From Smithella sp. (lineage in GTDB: Bacteria; Desulfobacterota; Syntrophia; Syntrophales; Smithellaceae), in the NCBI GenBank assembly GCA_050011015.1, contig JBEKJX010000001.1, forward strand, positions 1-36,527: a stretch of 36,527 nt of DNA. The letters run 5' to 3'. Every line of letters begins with the position of its first letter. Position 1 is the stretch's first letter. A program made the translations under genes and the position numbers. Shown in pieces: positions 19,401 through 27,456 of this stretch. The notes beneath the pieces were generated by a model that was not told where the DNA came from, did not search any database, and worked only from the letters and a program-made list of their open reading frames with translations.

Positions 19401-20946
19401 CAATATACGTGACGCCATCCGCGATAACCGGCTCAACCGTGTTGTTGTGGCTTCCTGCACACCGCGGACTCACGAACCTATCTTCCGGGATACACTCCGT
19501 GAAGCGGGCTTAAACCAGTATTTATTCGAAATGGCAAACATCCGTGACCAATGTTCCTGGGTACACTCGACGATGCCGGAGCAGGCCACTCAGAAAGCGG
19601 TCGAACTGGTGAAGATGTCTATTGCCCGGGCACGTCGATTAGTTCCATTACAGGGTTCTTATTCCAACGTCGTCCAGAATGGTCTGGTTATCGGCGGCGG
19701 TGTCAGCGGCATGACAGCAGCTCTTTCTCTGGCCGAACAGGGATTCAAGACGCACTTAATCGAAAGGTCGGATAAACTGGGCGGTAATTACCTTAATCTG
19801 CACTACACACTGGAACATGAAGATGTTGGCGGTTTCCTCACTGCCTTGATCAAACGTGTTCAGAGCAATCATAATATTGTCCTGCACATGAATAGTGAAG
19901 TAAAGAACGTGGCCGGTTTTGTGGGTAATTTTGAGGTTGCTCTTAACGAGCATAATAAAGAAACTATTGTGCCATGCGGTGCAATCATTGTCGCTACCGG
20001 CGCCAAACCGGCGAACACTAAAGATTTTCAATACGGCCAGTCCGCCAGTATCATGACTCAGTCGGAATTGGAGAATGCCTTACAAACAGGCACTTTTTCT
20101 TCTTCGAACCGCAATATTGTGATGATACAGTGTGCCGGTTCTCGGAATGAAGAGAGACCCTATTGCAGTCGTATTTGCTGCACAATGGCGGTCAAGAATG
20201 CCCTCAAATTGAAGAAGCAGAATCCCGATACGAACATCATGGTCCTCTATCGCGATATCCGTACCTATGGCTTCCGCGAAAAATATTATAAACAGGCTCG
20301 TGAGGCCGGTGTTATCTTTATGAGATATGAAAAAGAAAATCCGCCGGTTATTTCTGCTAATTACGATCTGGTTACGCTGAAGAGTCCTGACTTTCCGGAG
20401 CAGATAGAGATCGAAACCGATGCCATTGTGCTTAGCACCGGAGTCGATGCCTTGAAGGATAACCGTAAGCTGGCAGATATGCTCAAGGTACCGTTGAATG
20501 CCGATGGCTTCTATGTCGAGGCTCACCTTAAATTGCGGCCCGTCGAGTTTGCCACGGAAGGTATTTACCTTTGCGGTTTGGCCCATTCCCCCAAGTTGAG
20601 CGATGAGAATATCTCGCAGGCTAAAGCGACTTCATCCCGGGCGGCGACCATCCTTTCCAAGACCCGACTCGAAGTCGGCGGGCAGGTGTCGTGCGTAGAT
20701 CAGGAGAAATGTATTTCCTGTTTAACCTGCGTCAGGGCGTGTCCTTATCATGCGCCGCTTGTTAATATTAACAATAAAGCGGAAATTGCCGCCGCCGCGT
20801 GCATGGGCTGTGGTATATGTGCTTCGGAATGTCCGGCACACGCCATCCATCTGCGAAATTTCGAGTCCGATCAGTTCCAGGATATACTGAAGACTTTATT
20901 ATCAGAACCGGGTGAAGAGAATACACCGGTATCTGTACCGAAATAA
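16477..20946 (+). CDS. hdrA: Large HdrA-family flavoprotein (HdrL): HdrA module with inserted GltD/NfnB-like NAD(P)H oxidoreductase and a second HdrA module
   Basis: GGGIAG...IGGMMAQLDKTFPTGDC. GltD-like insert: PCKVECP, CGRVCTHPCE, GAGPAG, GGGNVAVD. Then WIQCVGSR, YCSSVCC, FICHCG, ASCTPRTHE, NIRDQCSW, second GGGVSG, QCAGSR, YCSRICC and a C-terminal 2x[4Fe-4S]. Confidence 0.93.
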   Translation: MHKSEKKLTGAVLVQGGGIAGIQAALDLADSGFKVYLVERDAAIGGMMAQLDKTFPTGDCATCIVSPKLVECARNINIEILTLSELVGLEGEPGNFKAKIKVSPRYVDEAKCNACGQCTDACPVNVPNPFDCEMGTRKAIAKLYAQATPNKFGILKLGHSPCKVECPANINIQGYIQLIRKKEYLKAVNLIRERNPLSAICGRVCTHPCELKCTRNNIDSSVSIRLLKRFASDQEMSMVKSGELALPEEKISSSGAKKVAVVGAGPAGLTAAADLADRGYAVTVYESTSAAGGMLRWGIPAYRLPKDVLDYEIELIRRKGIKFVYNTRIGIDISMDKLRQENAAVFISIGTQSSRTLGVEGEDKTGITYGLEFLRQAGDKENRPKLNGKVVVIGGGNVAVDVARSALRLGADSVEMVSLEQRYEMPALPEEVTAALEENIKINNGWGPKRILGNDKVNAIELKRCTRVFDETGRFSPTYNDNETTTLNADQIIVAIGQAIDKVSLSNMGAATERNFYKVDKVTLETSVKGVFAGGDNVPGSASVIGAVGAGKRAAESIDRYLKGEDMLSARFESTIKPIAPEFLPETKGMEKKPSAEQAILPVAQRANNFNEVEEGLTEEAALAEAERCLNCALCSECQQCVAACEQHAVDHSMTEKIIELNVGSVILTPGFEEFDAAKKGEYGYDRYPNVITSVQFERMLSASGPFDGHVIRRSDGQPAKRVAWIQCVGSRDTRCGNEYCSSVCCMVSTKQSMIAADHLPGLEATIFYMDIRAHGKDFDQYYERAKKQGVNYIKCIPSRIIQMPGTKDLRASFYNEANQLQEKDFDLVILSVGMEPGLSAVDTAKRLAIELNEYGFCSTDRFAPLNTSRPGVFVGGAFQEPKDIPETVTQASAAASMAMELLSSARNTLITKAVYPDEHDVTDEQPRIGVFICHCGRNIASVIDVEKVVHAVAQDPNVIFATHTLFTCSDTSLVNIRDAIRDNRLNRVVVASCTPRTHEPIFRDTLREAGLNQYLFEMANIRDQCSWVHSTMPEQATQKAVELVKMSIARARRLVPLQGSYSNVVQNGLVIGGGVSGMTAALSLAEQGFKTHLIERSDKLGGNYLNLHYTLEHEDVGGFLTALIKRVQSNHNIVLHMNSEVKNVAGFVGNFEVALNEHNKETIVPCGAIIVATGAKPANTKDFQYGQSASIMTQSELENALQTGTFSSSNRNIVMIQCAGSRNEERPYCSRICCTMAVKNALKLKKQNPDTNIMVLYRDIRTYGFREKYYKQAREAGVIFMRYEKENPPVISANYDLVTLKSPDFPEQIEIETDAIVLSTGVDALKDNRKLADMLKVPLNADGFYVEAHLKLRPVEFATEGIYLCGLAHSPKLSDENISQAKATSSRAATILSKTRLEVGGQVSCVDQEKCISCLTCVRACPYHAPLVNINNKAEIAAAACMGCGICASECPAHAIHLRNFESDQFQDILKTLLSEPGEENTPVSVPK

Positions 20947-20956
20947 GGAAATGATG

Positions 20957-21406
20957 ATGAACACGAATAATTTCGAACCTAAAATAGTAGCGTTTTGCTG
21001 CCACTATTGCGCCTATGCCGCAGCAGATCTGGCAGGCTCAGGGCGTTTACAATATCCGCCCAACATCCGTATCATCCGGTCGCCATGTACCGGCAGACTG
21101 GAGATTGACTTTTTCATGAAGGCCTTTGAGGCCGGTGCCGATGGTGTGCTGGTTGCCGGCTGTGAGGAAGGCAGTTGTCACTTTAAAGAAGGTAATTATC
21201 TGGCCAAGCGCCGGGTAAATACCACCAAGCAGTTATTAGAGGAAGCCGGTCTGGAACCGGAACGACTGCGCATGGTGAATGTGAGCGCCGCCAGTTCCCA
21301 GAAATTTGTTGCGTATGTCCGCGACATGGTTGAGACCATTGTTAAGCTTGGTCCCGCACGTAATAAGAAAACTACCCCTAAAGAACAAACAGGAGCAATA
21401 AAATGA
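20957..21406 (+). CDS. mvhD: MvhD/FlpD-family [2Fe-2S] subunit (canonical copy 2)
   Basis: FCCHYCAYAAADLAG-RLQYP, PCTGR, GADGV, GCEEGSCHF-EGN. Start at one of three tandem ATGs (20951, 20954, 20957). Confidence 0.92.
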   Translation: MNTNNFEPKIVAFCCHYCAYAAADLAGSGRLQYPPNIRIIRSPCTGRLEIDFFMKAFEAGADGVLVAGCEEGSCHFKEGNYLAKRRVNTTKQLLEEAGLEPERLRMVNVSAASSQKFVAYVRDMVETIVKLGPARNKKTTPKEQTGAIK

Positions 21407-22071
21407 TCGTTGCCGAAAGAAAAACCATTCCTGAGCTTGTCGAGATTTTAAAACCGCATAAGAAAATACTGGTGCTGGGCTGTGGCACCTGCGTCACCGT
21501 CTGCCTTTCTGGAGGTGAACGGGAGGTAAGTATCATTTCGTCTGCACTGCGTATTGCGTCCCGCGTTCAAGGTTTAAGCTTTGAAATCGATGAACTCACC
21601 ATTGAGCGCCAGTGTGATAACATATTTATTGAGCAGGCGGCGGAAGCTATCCAGAAAGCAGATGCAGTGTTGTCAACGGCCTGCGGTGCCGGCGTTCAGG
21701 CGATTGCCGAGCGCTTTCCCGAGAAGCCGGTTTATGCCGGATTGAACACTACCTTCATCGGCATCCTCGAGGAACGCGGTGTATGGACAGAGAAATGTGC
21801 CGCTTGCGGCGCCTGTATTCTGCATAAATACGGCGGTATATGTCCGGTGACACGCTGTGCCAAGCGCATGCTGAACGGACCATGCGGGGGATCCCGTGAA
21901 GACAGGTGTGAAGTGCGACCGGACAGACCCTGCGCGTGGCAACTTATTTACAAGAGGCTAAAGGACATCAACCAGCTCGAAAGACTCAAAGAAATGGAGC
22001 CGGCCAAGAACTGGAATTCAAGCCTGAGCGGTGGTCCTAGAATGTTAATAAGGGAAGACCATAAAATATAG
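21403..22071 (+). CDS. metV: MetV, Fe-S/Zn small subunit of MetVF methylene-THF reductase
   Basis: GCGTCVTVC-GGE, ERQC, ACGAGVQ, CAACGAC, CPVTRCAK-LNGPCGG, CEV and CAW. Confidence 0.9.
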   Translation: MIVAERKTIPELVEILKPHKKILVLGCGTCVTVCLSGGEREVSIISSALRIASRVQGLSFEIDELTIERQCDNIFIEQAAEAIQKADAVLSTACGAGVQAIAERFPEKPVYAGLNTTFIGILEERGVWTEKCAACGACILHKYGGICPVTRCAKRMLNGPCGGSREDRCEVRPDRPCAWQLIYKRLKDINQLERLKEMEPAKNWNSSLSGGPRMLIREDHKI

Positions 22072-22098
22072 CTACCCGGCATATGGAGAATTCGAGAC

Positions 22099-22139
22099 TC
22101 ATTATTGTTGTTTTGCCGATATTGATATGACAAAATTGT
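22099..22139 (+). promoter_or_regulatory. Putative tandem enhancer (TCA-TTAT-TGT ... ACA-AAAT-TGT) for glnA
   Basis: Two WCA-W4-TGT sites 31 bp apart, about 105-145 bp upstream of the -24 GG. Mirrors 7699-7737. Confidence 0.5.
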
Positions 22140-22243
22140 TCCACGATGAGAATATTGATTAAATAGCAAGATATACCAGGATGCCATCAATATAGGGGAC
22201 TAATGATTAAGAATGGTTATACTGTCACAATAATCTGTATCTA

Positions 22244-22259
22244 TGGCATATTTTTCGCA
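22244..22259 (+). promoter_or_regulatory. Sigma54 (-24/-12) promoter of glutamine synthetase
   Basis: TGGCATATTTTTCGCA with GG-N10-GC spacing, about 115 bp before the glnA start. Confidence 0.72.
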
Positions 22260-22374
22260 AGAACATGACCCATTAAGCTTATAATAATATTTGTTGAATG
22301 TTAATAAGAAATATGATCGAAAATATTTTATTGGGATAAGCAATAAAATATTTCAATAAATGAATGGAGGAATT

Positions 22375-24546
22375 ATGAAAAAAACAAAGCCAATGATTGC
22401 ATCGGAAAGAGACTATATCATCGAAAAAGAGAAATTTGTTCCCGTATCTGAATATTACGGCGAAGACACCTTTAATCATAAGGTTATGAAAGAAAAGATG
22501 CCTAAAGAGACTTATAAAAAGCTTATGGAATCTATCAATGAAGATAAGCCTCTTGATATCGAAACGGCGAATATCGTCGCCCATGCGATGAAGGAATGGG
22601 CATTGGAAAAGGGCGCGACTCATTTTGCGCACTGGTTCCAGCCTATGACAGGAATCACGGCAGAGAAACATGATGCTTTTGTCGATCCTGTAAGCGTTGA
22701 CGAAGTTGTAGAGAGATTTTCGGGCAAACAACTTGTTCAGGGTGAACCGGATGCATCCAGCTTTCCTTCGGGCGGCATTCGGGCGACCTTTGAAGCCAGA
22801 GGATATACTGCCTGGGACATGTCCTCGCCTGCTTTCATCAAAAGAAATGGTATTTCCACGACCTTATGCATCCCTACAGCCTTCATTTCCTATACGGGGG
22901 AAGCACTTGACAAAAAGACTCCATTGCTCAGATCGAACCGTGCTGTGAGCAAAAGCGCAGTGAATATGCTGAAGCTTCTTGGAACTAAAAATGTTAAAAA
23001 AGTTTTTGCTACTTTAGGGCCGGAGCAGGAATACTTCCTGATTGATATGGATTATTTTTTCAAGAGACCGGATCTCGTTTTGGGAGGCAGAGCTGTAGTG
23101 GGCGCACCCCCTGCCAAAGGCCAGGAACTGGAAGATCAGTATTTTGGCAGTATCAAGGAAAGAATATCGTCCTACATGCACGACATGGAAGAAGAACTCT
23201 TTAAACTGGGTATTCCGGCAAAGACCCGCCACAATGAAGTGGCGCCGTCACAATTCGAGCTTGCCCCTGTATTTGAAGAAGCTAACCTGGCGGTTGACCA
23301 CAACCAACTGGTAATGGATACCATGAAATCAGTAGGTAAAAAACATAACCTTGCCGCTCTGCTTCATGAAAAACCATTTGCCAAAATTAACGGCTCCGGC
23401 AAGCACGTCAACTGGTCTTTGTCTGACAATAACGGAAACAATTTATTGAATCCCGGCAATACGCCGCAGGACAATATCCAGTTTCTGGTATTTTTAGTTG
23501 CGACAGTTCGCGCTGTATATAAACACGCTGATATTCTCCGGGCCTCGGTCGCATCATACGCGAATGATCACCGGCTCGGCGCCAACGAAGCTCCGCCGGC
23601 AATTATTTCTGTGTTTCTTGGCGAACAACTTACTCAAATTTTATCAAATATCGAGAAAGGCACTATAACCAAAGCGACTAATGCGGAAATTATTGACCTT
23701 GGCATTTCCTCTCTGCCGATCGTAAGCAAAGACAATACCGATCGCAACAGAACATCACCGTTTGCTTTTACCGGTAACAAATTTGAGTTCAGGGCTGTCG
23801 GCTCATCACAGTCTATTTCCTTCCCGGCGGCTGTACTCAATACAATCGTTGCAGAAAGCCTGGATTATTTTGCCGAGAAGATAGAAGCCAGTCCGGTGAA
23901 GAACATCAATCAGGCTGTCATGGAAGTGCTTAAAAAAGAAATTAAGGAAATTAAGCCTGTTCTCTATAACGGCGATAACTATACAAAAGAATGGGAAGTA
24001 GAAGCAGGAAAAAGAAAGCTTCCCAATGATAAAACTACGCCGGTCGCATTGAAAGCATTGATTACAGACAAGGCATTGAATCTTTTTGATAAATATCAAG
24101 TTCTTTCCAATGTAGAGCTCAAATCAAGATATATAATTTATCTTGAAAAATACATTAAGGATCTGGAGATTGAAGTTAAATGCCTCAATAACATTTGCAT
24201 GAGTCAGGTGATTCCTTCGGCAGTGGCCTATCAGAAGAAACTTTCTGACGCTATTGCCGGGTCAAAAGAGGTTCTCGGAAATGCCGCGGTTGTTTCCGGC
24301 CAGGCAGAAATATTAAAGAGAATTTTAGATGCTGTTAATAAGATTTATTCTGCCAATAAAGAAATTTTAGCTAAAGTCGAAGCTGCCTCGGCAATTCACG
24401 ACGAAGCGAAAAAAGCAGAGATGCTTTGCAGCAAGGTCAAAACCAAGATGGACGAGCTTCGTGAATATGTTGATGCCCTTGAAGGTTTGGTTGACGATGA
24501 AACATGGCCATTACCAAAATTCTGGGAGATGCTCTTTATCAGCTAA
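22375..24546 (+). CDS. glnA: Glutamine synthetase type III
   Basis: About 720 aa with THFAHWFQPMTG-TAEKHD, QGEPDASSFPSGGIRATFEARGYTAWD, GPEQEYF, HNEVAP, GSGKH, RLGANEAPP, DRNRTSPFAFTGNKFEFR and WPLP. GGAGG RBS before ATG 22375. Confidence 0.96.
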   Translation: MKKTKPMIASERDYIIEKEKFVPVSEYYGEDTFNHKVMKEKMPKETYKKLMESINEDKPLDIETANIVAHAMKEWALEKGATHFAHWFQPMTGITAEKHDAFVDPVSVDEVVERFSGKQLVQGEPDASSFPSGGIRATFEARGYTAWDMSSPAFIKRNGISTTLCIPTAFISYTGEALDKKTPLLRSNRAVSKSAVNMLKLLGTKNVKKVFATLGPEQEYFLIDMDYFFKRPDLVLGGRAVVGAPPAKGQELEDQYFGSIKERISSYMHDMEEELFKLGIPAKTRHNEVAPSQFELAPVFEEANLAVDHNQLVMDTMKSVGKKHNLAALLHEKPFAKINGSGKHVNWSLSDNNGNNLLNPGNTPQDNIQFLVFLVATVRAVYKHADILRASVASYANDHRLGANEAPPAIISVFLGEQLTQILSNIEKGTITKATNAEIIDLGISSLPIVSKDNTDRNRTSPFAFTGNKFEFRAVGSSQSISFPAAVLNTIVAESLDYFAEKIEASPVKNINQAVMEVLKKEIKEIKPVLYNGDNYTKEWEVEAGKRKLPNDKTTPVALKALITDKALNLFDKYQVLSNVELKSRYIIYLEKYIKDLEIEVKCLNNICMSQVIPSAVAYQKKLSDAIAGSKEVLGNAAVVSGQAEILKRILDAVNKIYSANKEILAKVEAASAIHDEAKKAEMLCSKVKTKMDELREYVDALEGLVDDETWPLPKFWEMLFIS

Positions 24547-24560
24547 TAACAATATAATAT

Positions 24561-24597
24561 GATGAAGGGAACGGTTAAAACCGTTCCCTTCATCTTT
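24561..24597 (+). terminator. Intrinsic terminator hairpin after glnA
   Basis: GATGAAGGGAACGGT-TAAA-ACCGTTCCCTTCATC is a perfect 15-bp stem, followed by a short TTT. Confidence 0.8.
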
Positions 24598-24708
24598 AAT
24601 CATTGACGAGACCGAAAAAAAAAGATAAACACTTCCCACCAATGAGGCGTGTGAATTACCTGAATAAGCCTCAAGATATTAGTTCTGCCGGGGGATAAGT
24701 TCCTGACA

Positions 24709-25851
24709 ATGTCGCTCTTAAGAAAAGAACGTAGATCTTTGCTAGTCCTGGAAGATGGCAGCGTTTTCGAAGGGACTGCCTTTGCGGGCAACGGCGAAAC
24801 TATGGGTGAAGTTGTTTTTAACACGGGCATGACCGGTTATCAAGAAGTCATTACCGACCCGTCTTATAAAGGCCAGATTGTCACCATGACTTATCCTCTT
24901 GTCGGTAATTATGGCATAAATGACGAGGATATGGAATCTGCCGGTATTCATTTGGAAGGGTTCATTGTCAAGGAATATCAGCCTAATCCCAGTAACTGGC
25001 GGATGCGCCAGAGCCTCAAATCTTTTCTGGAAGATCATGGCAAAATCGGTTTGGAGGGCATTGACACCCGTGCTTTAACCCGTCGCCTGCGCCTGTCAGG
25101 CTCCATGAAAGGCATTATTTCAACTGAAACAAAAAACATCTCCGAACTGTTGGCGAAAGTTCAAGCTTATCCCGGATTGGTCGGGCGCGATCTGGTGAGA
25201 GAGGTCTCCTGCCAAAAGCCATACTTATGGAAAAATGGCGCGCCTTCTCAAAGTAAAATACCCGCCAGAAAACCGGTAAAAAAGCTGCGCGTCGTTGTCC
25301 TGGACTGCGGCGTTAAATATAATATTTTGCGTCTACTGGAAAATAATGGATGTCAAGTTATTGTTCTGCCTGCCTTTTCTACAGGCGATGAAATTCTTGT
25401 TTTGAAGCCGGACGGTGTTTTACTTTCCAACGGCCCCGGTGATCCGGCTGCTCTGCCTTACATAGTAGATGCGACACGCACCGTTATTGGCAAAATTCCG
25501 GTCTTTGGCATTTGTCTGGGGCATCAAATTATTGGTCAGGCGATTGGCGGCAATACTTCCAAATTGAAATTCGGTCATCATGGCATTAATCAACCTGTGA
25601 AAAATGTGGATACAGGTAGAGTCGAAATCACTTCTCAAAACCATGGTTTTGTTGTTGATCCGGAATCGGTGGATAAGAAAGCTGAAAGGACCTATCATAA
25701 TTTGAATGACAGAACATCCGAAGGAATGCAAATGTCTTTGGCGATGAGTGTGCAGTATCATCCGGAAGCCGCGCCTGGACCGCACGATACGGAATATTTG
25801 TTTATGCAGTTTATTCAAATGATGCAAAAAGCTAAGGAGGGGGCGGGATGA
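24709..25851 (+). CDS. carA: Carbamoyl-phosphate synthase small subunit
   Basis: [53 protein letters not shown] and QYHPE. Confidence 0.97.
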   Translation: MSLLRKERRSLLVLEDGSVFEGTAFAGNGETMGEVVFNTGMTGYQEVITDPSYKGQIVTMTYPLVGNYGINDEDMESAGIHLEGFIVKEYQPNPSNWRMRQSLKSFLEDHGKIGLEGIDTRALTRRLRLSGSMKGIISTETKNISELLAKVQAYPGLVGRDLVREVSCQKPYLWKNGAPSQSKIPARKPVKKLRVVVLDCGVKYNILRLLENNGCQVIVLPAFSTGDEILVLKPDGVLLSNGPGDPAALPYIVDATRTVIGKIPVFGICLGHQIIGQAIGGNTSKLKFGHHGINQPVKNVDTGRVEITSQNHGFVVDPESVDKKAERTYHNLNDRTSEGMQMSLAMSVQYHPEAAPGPHDTEYLFMQFIQMMQKAKEGAG

Positions 25852-27377
25852 TTTTAATCATTGATTTTGGCTCCCAATATAATCAATTGATTGCCCGGCG
25901 GGTAAGAGAGAACAATGTTTATTGCCAGATTGAGCCGCCTTCAATCTCTATAGCCGCCATAAAAGCCCTTCGGCCCGAAGGTATAATTTTATCGGGTGGA
26001 CCGGCCAGCATTTACTCCAAAGGATCGCCACGCGTAGATAAAGGCATCTTAAGTCTGGGTATTCCGATTCTGGGCATCTGTTATGGTTTACAATATATGG
26101 TGGATTCGTTAGGTGGCAAGGTTATCGGCTCTACCAAGCGCGAATACGGATTTGCCGAACTCAACGTCAAAAAACAACAAGGCATTTTTAAAGGCGTGAA
26201 TAAAAAAACACAGAGCTGGATGAGTCACGGCGATTCTATCGGCACACTGCCTGCGGGATTTGTCATTACAGCATCGACGGCGAATACTCCGGTTGCGGCA
26301 GCCGAAGATGCGAAACGAAATTTTTACGGCTTGCAATTTCATCCGGAAGTTGTTCATACGCAGTCCGGCAAAAAAATGCTGGCCAACTTCCTGTTTAATA
26401 TTTGCCGGTGCAAAAAATCCTGGTCAATGAAATCTTTTGTCGCCCATGCCGTGGAAGAAATTCGCCAGCAGGTAGGATCAGAGAAGGTTATTCTTGGACT
26501 TTCCGGCGGCGTTGATTCTTCTGTCGCCGCTGTTTTGCTGCACAAGGCTATTGGCAAACAACTCACCTGCGTTTTTGTGGATAATGGCGTATTGAGAGCC
26601 GGTGAGGCCGAACGCGTCATGGAGATGTTTAAAAAAAACCTCCAAATCAACTTAAGGTTTGCGCGGGCAGGCAAACTATTTTTAAAAAAATTAAAAGGCG
26701 TGACCGATCCTGAGAAGAAACGAAAGATTATCGGCGGTACATTCATTGAAGTATTCGATCAGGAAGCGCGCAAAATAAAAAATGTGAAATTTCTGGCGCA
26801 GGGAACTTTGTATCCCGACCTGATTGAATCTCGTTCAGCATTTGGCGGCCCAAGTGCGGTCATCAAATCGCATCATAATGTCGGCGGTTTGCCCAAAAAG
26901 ATGAATCTCAAACTAGTCGAACCGCTCAAGCACTTGTTCAAAGATGAAGTCAGGCTTCTGGGCAAAGAACTGGGTCTGGCCGATGATGTGGTCTGGCGGC
27001 AGCCATTTCCCGGTCCGGGACTGGCTATTCGTATTATTGGTGATGTCACTGCGCAGCGTTTATCGGTGTTGCGCAATGCCGATACAATTTTACTGGAAGA
27101 AATTCGCGCCAATAGCCTTTACTATAAACTATGGCAATCATTCGCTGTTCTTTTACCTCTGAAGAGCGTCGGTATTATGGGAGATCAGCGCACCTATGAA
27201 AATATTCTGGCCATTCGGGCTGTCACCAGTGATGACGCCATGACTGCCGACTGGGCGCCATTGCCGCATGATATTCTGGCGCGGATCTCCAATCGTATTA
27301 TTAATGAAGTGCGCGGCGTCAATAGAGTTGTTTATGACATAAGTTCAAAACCTCCCAGCACGATTGAGTGGGAGTAA
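25848..27377 (+). CDS. guaA: GMP synthase (glutamine-hydrolysing)
   Basis: [53 protein letters not shown] and KPPSTIEWE. Confidence 0.97.
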   Translation: MILIIDFGSQYNQLIARRVRENNVYCQIEPPSISIAAIKALRPEGIILSGGPASIYSKGSPRVDKGILSLGIPILGICYGLQYMVDSLGGKVIGSTKREYGFAELNVKKQQGIFKGVNKKTQSWMSHGDSIGTLPAGFVITASTANTPVAAAEDAKRNFYGLQFHPEVVHTQSGKKMLANFLFNICRCKKSWSMKSFVAHAVEEIRQQVGSEKVILGLSGGVDSSVAAVLLHKAIGKQLTCVFVDNGVLRAGEAERVMEMFKKNLQINLRFARAGKLFLKKLKGVTDPEKKRKIIGGTFIEVFDQEARKIKNVKFLAQGTLYPDLIESRSAFGGPSAVIKSHHNVGGLPKKMNLKLVEPLKHLFKDEVRLLGKELGLADDVVWRQPFPGPGLAIRIIGDVTAQRLSVLRNADTILLEEIRANSLYYKLWQSFAVLLPLKSVGIMGDQRTYENILAIRAVTSDDAMTADWAPLPHDILARISNRIINEVRGVNRVVYDISSKPPSTIEWE

Positions 27378-27456
27378 TAAGGAAGTGTTCTTTTAACATC
27401 CCCAAAAGGGATGGGAAAATCAGGTAATTGAAAAATTCAACACATTGGTAAAATAA

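Noticed and set aside
14987-21406. Methanogen-type CoM-S-S-CoB reductase/hydrogenase complex
   Set aside because: The context is bacterial (sigma54, TonB receptor), there is no MvhA/MvhG, and HdrA is the HdrL type with an NAD(P)H domain.
8021-22071. Selenocysteine read-through in HdrA/MvhD
   Set aside because: All ORFs are full-length with Cys at the usual positions, so no in-frame TGA needs recoding.
9389-24546. N-methylglutamate (methylamine) pathway: mgsABC plus gmaS linked to folate C1 genes
   Set aside because: Mgs is homologous to split GOGAT and the metVF link is tempting. However, the synthetase is a full-length ~720-aa GSIII rather than a short GmaS, no mgdABCD is present, and MetF looks inactive. 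Disfavoured, not formally excluded.
24603-24631. Sigma70 promoter TTGACG-N17-TAAACA for carA
   Set aside because: The -35 and spacing are good but the -10 lacks the conserved final T. Plausible, but too weak to list.
27397-27415. Small hairpin CATCCC-CAAAA-GGGATG between guaA and carB as a terminator
   Set aside because: Only a 6-bp stem with no U-tract.
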